In this document: piece after piece, positions 58,322 through 64,000 of the stretch
Layout of the letters: each line of letters begins with the position of its first letter
Position numbering within the stretch: the first letter of the stretch is position 1
From: an uncultured Pseudomonadota bacterium
Lineage (GTDB): Bacteria > Vulcanimicrobiota > Vulcanimicrobiia > Eremiobacterales > Eremiobacteraceae
Reading direction: 5' to 3'
Assembly: GCA_963736005.1 (NCBI GenBank)
Contig: CAVTNB010000001.1
Span: 1,696,001-1,760,000, forward strand
Length of the DNA: 64,000 nucleotides
Made by a program: the position numbers and the translations under genes
Notes under the pieces: model-generated
Seen by the model: the letters and a program-made list of their open reading frames with translations, nothing else
The model's database searches: none
What the model was told of the DNA's origin: nothing

Positions 58322-59167
58322 TTAGCGCGCCCCGGCGGCCGCCGCAAGTGGGGCGCGCAACTCGCGTGCTGCCGCGACATGCAGCGCGTGACCAGATTTG
58401 AGCGCGATGACTTCGCAGCGCGGATACAGCCCGAGCAACGCAAAGTCGCCGATAAGGTCGAGCACCTTGTGCCGCACGATCTCGTCCGGAAAGCGCAGCG
58501 GCCCCATATAGTCGTCGCGATCGATGACGACGGCGTTATCAAGCGAGCCGCCCAGCGCGAGCCCTTGGGAATAGAGCGCTTCGACCTCAGCCCGAAAACC
58601 AAACGTGCGATTGGGGGCAATCTCCCGCAAGAAATACTCGGGCGTCAGCGCTCCCGTTTCGAGAAATTGATTGCCAACCGGTTCTGGAAACGCAACGAAA
58701 AAGTTAATCTTGAACCGGTCGGCAGGGATGCACACGAGCAGTTTGTCGCCATCGCGGTGCCAAAAGGGGGAGCTCAGCGTCAAGACCCGCCGCGGCACGC
58801 GCTGCTCCTGCAGGCCCGCGTCGGCGATTGCGCGCGCGAACGGAAGCGCGCTGCCATCCATGATCGGAATCTCTTCACCGTCGATGAGAATCTGGGCATT
58901 GTCGACGTCCATGCCCAAGAGCGCCGCGAGCACGTGCTCGACGGTGTTGACTTCAGCAGTCGCCGATCCAAGGGTGGTGCAGCGAACGGTCGATCGAACG
59001 GTTTCAGGCGTCGCGGCGATGCGCGATCCATCGGCCAAGACGAATGAAAAACCGGCATTCGCCGGCGCTGGAGCTATCGTGACGGTGGCTTTACAGCCGG
59101 TATGAAGACCGACGCCTGAGAGGGCGACCTCGCGGGCGAGCGTGTGTTGATATTCCACTTTCACCAA
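58322..59167 (-). CDS. lpxC: UDP-3-O-acyl-GlcNAc deacetylase
   Basis: GVGLHTG, TVEH, PIMDGS, RTFGF, HKVLDLIGD and SGH motifs. Confidence 0.96.
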   Translation of the reverse strand: MVKVEYQHTLAREVALSGVGLHTGCKATVTIAPAPANAGFSFVLADGSRIAATPETVRSTVRCTTLGSATAEVNTVEHVLAALLGMDVDNAQILIDGEEIPIMDGSALPFARAIADAGLQEQRVPRRVLTLSSPFWHRDGDKLLVCIPADRFKINFFVAFPEPVGNQFLETGALTPEYFLREIAPNRTFGFRAEVEALYSQGLALGGSLDNAVVIDRDDYMGPLRFPDEIVRHKVLDLIGDFALLGLYPRCEVIALKSGHALHVAAARELRAPLAAAAGAR

Positions 59168-59173
59168 CGGGCG

Positions 59174-60217
59174 TCACTGAGATTTGCGCGACTCTTCGAG
59201 CATCTTCATCAGCGCGCGCACTTGTTCGAACAGCTTAGGCAACTTCCGAATTAGAACCTCCTGCTCGAGGTTCTCGCGGTGCGGCTTCGCGTAGTAGCCG
59301 GAGACGTTGGAATTGGCCGGCCACGAACCGATGACTTTCGCGCCTGCACCGACGACGCTTCCGTCGCCGATCTCAATATGCCCTGTGACGCCAACTTGCC
59401 CAGCAAGCACGACTCGTTTTCCCAGCTTCGTGCTGCCTGCGATCCCACACTGCGCGCAGATTGTGCAGTCTTCGCCGATCTGGACATTGTGCGCAACTTG
59501 CACGAGGTTATCGATTTTCGTGCCGGCACCAACCGTCGTCGAACCGGTAACAGCTCGATCGATTGTCGTGCATGCGCCGATCTCAACGCGATCGCCGATC
59601 ACAACGTTGCCGATCTGCGGAACCTTGATTTGCTCCAATCCGACCCGCACGAATCCGAAGCCATCGCTTCCAACGACGCAGCTCGCGTTGAGCACGCAGC
59701 TCGTGCCAACGATGCAATCATCCAACACGACGGCATGAGGGTGAAGCAGCGTGCCTGCACCGATGCGTGCGTTCTTGCCGACGTACGAACCACTGAGCAG
59801 CAGGCAACCCCCCTCGAGGGTGGCACCCTCCCGCACGATCACGTTCGGCCCAATCCATACGCCCGCGCCACGCGTGACGCCCGACTCGACGACCGCGCTT
59901 GCATGGGTGAACTCACCACTTGGCAGCAGCGGCGCAAACGATTGCAAAACCTCTGCCAGTGCCGCTCGCACGTTTTGGACCACAATGAGCGTCTTGCCAT
60001 TGCGCTCGGCGTCCTTTGCCCCAGGCGGTGCAAGGATCGCTCGCGCGCGCGAGCGCAACGCTCGCTCGAGCCAACGCTCGTCGACCGCAAACGTCAGGGA
60101 GTCTGCATCCGCTTCGTCGACCGATGCGACACGTTGGATGGCTGCGTCCTCATCGCCGACAACCGTTCCCCGGGTCAGCGCGGCGAGCTCGCCTAGGCGC
60201 CGACTCACGCTCGTCAC
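59174..60217 (-). CDS. lpxD: UDP-3-O-acyl-glucosamine N-acyltransferase
   Basis: GSDGFGF, KVPQIG.V.IGD.VEIGA, IDR and KIDNLVQVAHNV motifs. Confidence 0.96.
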   Translation of the reverse strand: MTSVSRRLGELAALTRGTVVGDEDAAIQRVASVDEADADSLTFAVDERWLERALRSRARAILAPPGAKDAERNGKTLIVVQNVRAALAEVLQSFAPLLPSGEFTHASAVVESGVTRGAGVWIGPNVIVREGATLEGGCLLLSGSYVGKNARIGAGTLLHPHAVVLDDCIVGTSCVLNASCVVGSDGFGFVRVGLEQIKVPQIGNVVIGDRVEIGACTTIDRAVTGSTTVGAGTKIDNLVQVAHNVQIGEDCTICAQCGIAGSTKLGKRVVLAGQVGVTGHIEIGDGSVVGAGAKVIGSWPANSNVSGYYAKPHRENLEQEVLIRKLPKLFEQVRALMKMLEESRKSQ

Positions 60218-60224
60218 AAGACCG

Positions 60225-60638
60225 TTACTGACTCGGCGGGGGCGATGAGGACGTGTCGATCTTTAGCGCTTTTTCGACATCGATCGTGATATCGTCGCCT
60301 CCATAGTCAACACCGAGTTTCGTCACCACGAGTTGGTAGTGCCGGTCGCTCGCGATCTGCTTGACGGCATCGCGCACGTCGCCCGTAACTTCGTCTTGCC
60401 AGCGCTGGCTTTGTTGTTGCCATTGTTGGAACGCTCTGCGCTTCTCGGTTGGGCCAATCTTGCTCTCATTGATGGCATAATAGTTCGCTTGCAGCTGGCG
60501 CGAGTAGTTGATGAACTTCGGCCAGCGCTGTTCGATACTGCTAATGTTGACGACGGCAACCGTGGAGTGCGCCCGTGCGCAACCGCTCGCCACAAGCGCG
60601 AGCAGGAGCGTAGCGGCAAAGGTGTTGTGTATCTTCAT
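60225..60638 (-). CDS. Short Skp/OmpH-like lipoprotein
   Basis: ASGC lipobox; VAVVN and YGGDDIT..V motifs. Confidence 0.7.
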   Translation of the reverse strand: MKIHNTFAATLLLALVASGCARAHSTVAVVNISSIEQRWPKFINYSRQLQANYYAINESKIGPTEKRRAFQQWQQQSQRWQDEVTGDVRDAVKQIASDRHYQLVVTKLGVDYGGDDITIDVEKALKIDTSSSPPPSQ

Positions 60639-62023
60639 GATCCCCCCGAACCGGATGCTTGCGGTGTTGCGGTTGTGGTTTGGAGCGCGCTTAATGCCTT
60701 TGATACTTGATCCGTCACGTTGATGGCAGAACCAGCGCCGCGCACGCTGGTCAGCACGACGGCGATTCCGTCCTTGCGCGCAATGTCTTGTACCTGGGCG
60801 GTAATCTGATCGACGATCTTTTGATACAGGTCCCGCCGCTCGGCCGCGACCTTGTCAGCTTGCGCAGAAAGAGCTTCATTGTCTTGAAACTGCACATGGG
60901 CGATCGAACTGTACTTGGCGACCAAAGCGGCTCGTGTTGCCTCGTAGGCAGTCGTTGCCCGGCTGGCCTCTGCGACATAGCCGGATTGCATTTGGTCGTG
61001 GACGCTTTGTGCTTGGGCTTGATACTTCGGATTGTTTGCGAGTTTTTGATTCACAACGTTTAACTGCTGCTGGAACTTGCCGTTGAGAGCGACCAGTTGC
61101 GGCTGCATCTGCGTTTGCACGTCTTTTTGGCGCGCGACGAGTTTGGCTTGCGTAGCGTCCTGGGTTGCCTTGCGCTCTGCTTCATAGCGGGTGGAAGCTT
61201 GAGCTTGCAACTGCTTGGTGTACTGGGCGAGTTGCGCATTGTCGCGGGACTTCATTGCATCGATCTTCGCCTGCTCGTTTTGTTCGATCGTCTGCAGTTG
61301 CGCATTGTCCTGGGCTCGCTCTTTGTCGGACAGCGCGAGATCTTGCAATTTGGCCTGCAAGTTGAGCTTTTGTTCCTGATCGGCTTTCACAACGCCAACC
61401 TGATACTGCGTCTCTTGGGTTGAAAGCTGGGACGCCCGAAGCGCGAGTTTGCCTCGCACGTCGGCGGCGAGCAACTGTTGCACGTTGCGCAAATGATCGG
61501 CATCCTGCTTGAAAAGTGCGTTGCGATAGTTGTTGAGCGTCGAGAAGGCCTCTTGCTGCATGGCTTTGGCCTGCGAACCGAATTGCTGCTGCAATCCCCC
61601 CAGCACGCCACCCGTGTCGGGGTTTGCCCCAAGCGTGGTTGCCTGCAACTGGCTGATGGCTTGCGCTTCTTTTTGCTCGTAGTAGGTGCGGCGCGCCGAA
61701 AGGTCGGCCTGAAACGTTGTGGCGGCCGCCGACAGCTCATTTTGCATTTGATTGTAGGCAGCGGTTTGCTGTGCCGTCATGTCGGTGGGCTGAAGCGATG
61801 ACTCCTGTTGCAGGAGCGTAATTTGATCTTGCATCGCTTGCAGCTGTGCGTGCAGCGGATGCACCGCCACGACCGCGTCGATGTCCACGTATCCAACCGA
61901 CCCCCCGGCCTGCGGCGAGCCGAGTCCCAAGAGGCCGCCGCCGGCCCGGTGACCGCAGCTGGAAAGACCGAACGCCACTGCAACCAGCAGTGCACCCACA
62001 CGGGAAGCCGTACCCACTGTCAT
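60635..62023 (-). CDS. Long coiled-coil Skp/OmpH-like lipoprotein
   Basis: LSSC lipobox, VGYVDID...HP, about 350 aa Gln-rich helix, IA...GI.VVL...INVTD.V. Confidence 0.72.
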   Translation of the reverse strand: MTVGTASRVGALLVAVAFGLSSCGHRAGGGLLGLGSPQAGGSVGYVDIDAVVAVHPLHAQLQAMQDQITLLQQESSLQPTDMTAQQTAAYNQMQNELSAAATTFQADLSARRTYYEQKEAQAISQLQATTLGANPDTGGVLGGLQQQFGSQAKAMQQEAFSTLNNYRNALFKQDADHLRNVQQLLAADVRGKLALRASQLSTQETQYQVGVVKADQEQKLNLQAKLQDLALSDKERAQDNAQLQTIEQNEQAKIDAMKSRDNAQLAQYTKQLQAQASTRYEAERKATQDATQAKLVARQKDVQTQMQPQLVALNGKFQQQLNVVNQKLANNPKYQAQAQSVHDQMQSGYVAEASRATTAYEATRAALVAKYSSIAHVQFQDNEALSAQADKVAAERRDLYQKIVDQITAQVQDIARKDGIAVVLTSVRGAGSAINVTDQVSKALSALQTTTATPQASGSGGS

Positions 62024-62031
62024 GCTCGTTG

Positions 62032-62832
62032 TTACTGCAGCGCTTTCACGACATCTGCCGTTACGTCGGTGCCGCCATACACTCGGTTGCTCGCATCGAT
62101 GACAAGCAGCAGGTGCTTGTCCTTTGCGACGCTCGCAATCGCTGCGTTGGTCGAGTCGATCACGGGTTGCAGCACCTTTTTTTGCTCGGCGTCCAGTTGG
62201 CTGTTGAAACTCGTCGTGATCTGCGCGCGCTGGTCCGCGCTCTTGCCTCTCAGTTGCGCTTCGAGCTGCGCGGCGAGCGTCTGACGGAACGCCAAAAAGT
62301 CGTCGTTGGCTTTTTTCACCTTCGGCTGCTGATCGAGTTGCGTTTGATCGACGTAGCCCACGGCCGACGGCGGCGGCGAGTTGACGGGCGGCAGCACGGG
62401 TCCCGGCTGGTTGAGCATGGAGATCACGTCCTGGGTGATATCGAGCCCGCCATAGATGACGATCGTCTTGTCGACAACAACCGAGAGCCCGCGATTGGCT
62501 GCGACCGATGCGATGGCGGCCTGAGCGCGACCGAGCAGCGGACCAAACAGCTCGCGCTGCTTTTGCGCCGCTTGGCCGTTGAAAGTTTGATAGATCTGCT
62601 GCTGTTGCGCCGGGGTCTTGCCTTTGATGGCCGCTTGAAACTGCTGCGCCAGGCTGCGTTGATATTGCGCGAACTCTTGTTGCGCCGCGACGAACGGCCC
62701 GAGTTGGCCGAGCGCAGACTGATCGACGAAGCCGATATCGGAGATGTCCGTAGCGAGCACTTGCGGCGTAAAACACAAGAACAACGCGAGCACGATTGCC
62801 GCGACGCCGGGAGTGCGATGGAACCAAACCAT
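62032..62832 (-). CDS. skp: Tandem two-domain Skp/OmpH chaperone
   Basis: Two units: IGFVDQ...YGGLDIT and VGYVDQ...YGGTDVT; follows bamA. Confidence 0.85.
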   Translation of the reverse strand: MVWFHRTPGVAAIVLALFLCFTPQVLATDISDIGFVDQSALGQLGPFVAAQQEFAQYQRSLAQQFQAAIKGKTPAQQQQIYQTFNGQAAQKQRELFGPLLGRAQAAIASVAANRGLSVVVDKTIVIYGGLDITQDVISMLNQPGPVLPPVNSPPPSAVGYVDQTQLDQQPKVKKANDDFLAFRQTLAAQLEAQLRGKSADQRAQITTSFNSQLDAEQKKVLQPVIDSTNAAIASVAKDKHLLLVIDASNRVYGGTDVTADVVKALQ

Positions 62833-62849
62833 GTGGGTGCCTTTCCTTG

Positions 62850-64000
62850 TTAGAACGATTGTCCGATGCCGAACGATGTGTGCGATCCTTGGTTGCCGAC
62901 GGCAAAATCGATACGGATGACTTGCGGCAGCAGCGGCGTCTGGACGCGAATGCCGATGCCGAAGTCGGTCTGGAATTGGATAGGAGCATTCACGTAGGTG
63001 ACGGCCAGCGGTGCCGGAGTGAAGAACGGCGCGTGGGGACCGCCCGGTGGTATTGGGGTTGGCGCCGGTGATGGCCCCAGGACGGGGGTAATGTACGGCG
63101 CATCGCCCGAGTCGGCGAACAGGGCAATGCCGAACTTCTTGTCGCTCGTCACGGGGATCCGCAATTCGGCTTGCGCAAGCACCTCGCGATTGCCGTAGTA
63201 GATGAACTTGGTGCCGCGAAGCTGCTGATCGGAGAGACTGAACAAGTCGTTGTACGGCAACGAATTAGGTCCGCCGGACGCGAAACCATAGTTGAGGTGC
63301 AGCGCGAAGCTCGAGTGACGTCTCACCGGCCAAAAGTGCGAGTAGTCAACATCGGCCTTGCCGAAATTGTAGTCTGAGCCAAAAGCGTGCAGCGACAGCT
63401 CGTCTGAGAAGCTGGCAGTACCGCCGTGCCGCGGGTTTGTGACGTCATCGCGGTTATCTTTGAAGATAGCCGGCGTGATGCTGCGCAGCGAGGTTGAGCC
63501 AAGCTGGTTTGTCGTTCCGGTCGTGCCTTGAATATTCGCCCCTTGCAAGGCAAGGAACGCCTGCGGGAAACCGGCCGCGGTGACGTCCTGGAACAGGCGC
63601 GTCGACGTGAGCCCGATATTCAAGCGTGTCCAGTCTGCTACCGGATGACCAAAGCTAATGGAAAAACCGGCGCTGCGTGCGGTGTAATCGGCGACTTGGT
63701 TGGTACACGGGCTGCCATTAGATGGACACGGACCGCCGCTAATGGTCGTGGACGTGCTCGTGCCAAGCGACGTGTTGATCGAGGGTGCGGTGGGAGTCAG
63801 CGAATAAAACGGGTTGTTCCCTGGAATTTTGTATACCGGACGCGGCTGGTTGGTTTGCAAATTGTTGAATATGTTGAAGCTCAGCGAATCTGCTTTGAAC
63901 TTGTGAATGTACGGGATGCCGATGCCAAAATTGACGTTGCTGAAGAACTGGCCCTTTTGCAGATTGACGGACGCGCTGTTCCCCGTGCCTCCTAAATTAT
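62850..64000 (-). CDS. bamA: BamA/Omp85 outer-membrane assembly factor (5' partial)
   Basis: NLGGTGN, DNRDD..NP..G, AELR.P, FGIGIR..TP, IRIDFA; C-terminal GIGQSF. Confidence 0.9.
   Translation of the reverse strand, partial: NLGGTGNSASVNLQKGQFFSNVNFGIGIPYIHKFKADSLSFNIFNNLQTNQPRPVYKIPGNNPFYSLTPTAPSINTSLGTSTSTTISGGPCPSNGSPCTNQVADYTARSAGFSISFGHPVADWTRLNIGLTSTRLFQDVTAAGFPQAFLALQGANIQGTTGTTNQLGSTSLRSITPAIFKDNRDDVTNPRHGGTASFSDELSLHAFGSDYNFGKADVDYSHFWPVRRHSSFALHLNYGFASGGPNSLPYNDLFSLSDQQLRGTKFIYYGNREVLAQAELRIPVTSDKKFGIALFADSGDAPYITPVLGPSPAPTPIPPGGPHAPFFTPAPLAVTYVNAPIQFQTDFGIGIRVQTPLLPQVIRIDFAVGNQGSHTSFGIGQSF

Noticed and set aside
60635..62989. 784-aa ORF as a single protein
   Set aside because: Its first ~320 codons are an alternate frame over the two-domain skp; the real start is ATG at 62023

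Overview
Core-chromosome region of a GC-rich diderm bacterium. Firmicutes-like gene order (decarboxylase-tmk-holB, dnaX-ybaB-recR, minCDE-rodA-rne/rng, pdxST) occurs together with a bamA-skp-lpx-lpt-DUF3084 outer-membrane cluster and a Ycf45-like ATPase. This suggests a diderm Terrabacteria lineage such as Eremiobacterota or Armatimonadota (inference, not verified). About 60 CDS were found; no rRNA, tRNA, transposase, prophage or true CRISPR array was seen. Most notable: (1) the lipid A operon lacks lpxH/lpxI but has a coupled calcineurin-like phosphoesterase with an LpxH-like GNR motif; (2) three families of GTAG-type REP palindromes supply stop codons and N-terminal peptides to host genes, including a 4-unit array directly behind an HNH nuclease; (3) a ~185-nt structured RNA candidate and a structured RNase E/G leader; (4) tandem minD paralogs and three architecturally different Skp/OmpH paralogs; (5) tmk appears to start at ATA; (6) apparent single-base frameshifts that may be assembly errors. 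Family names come from motif recognition by eye, not database searches.
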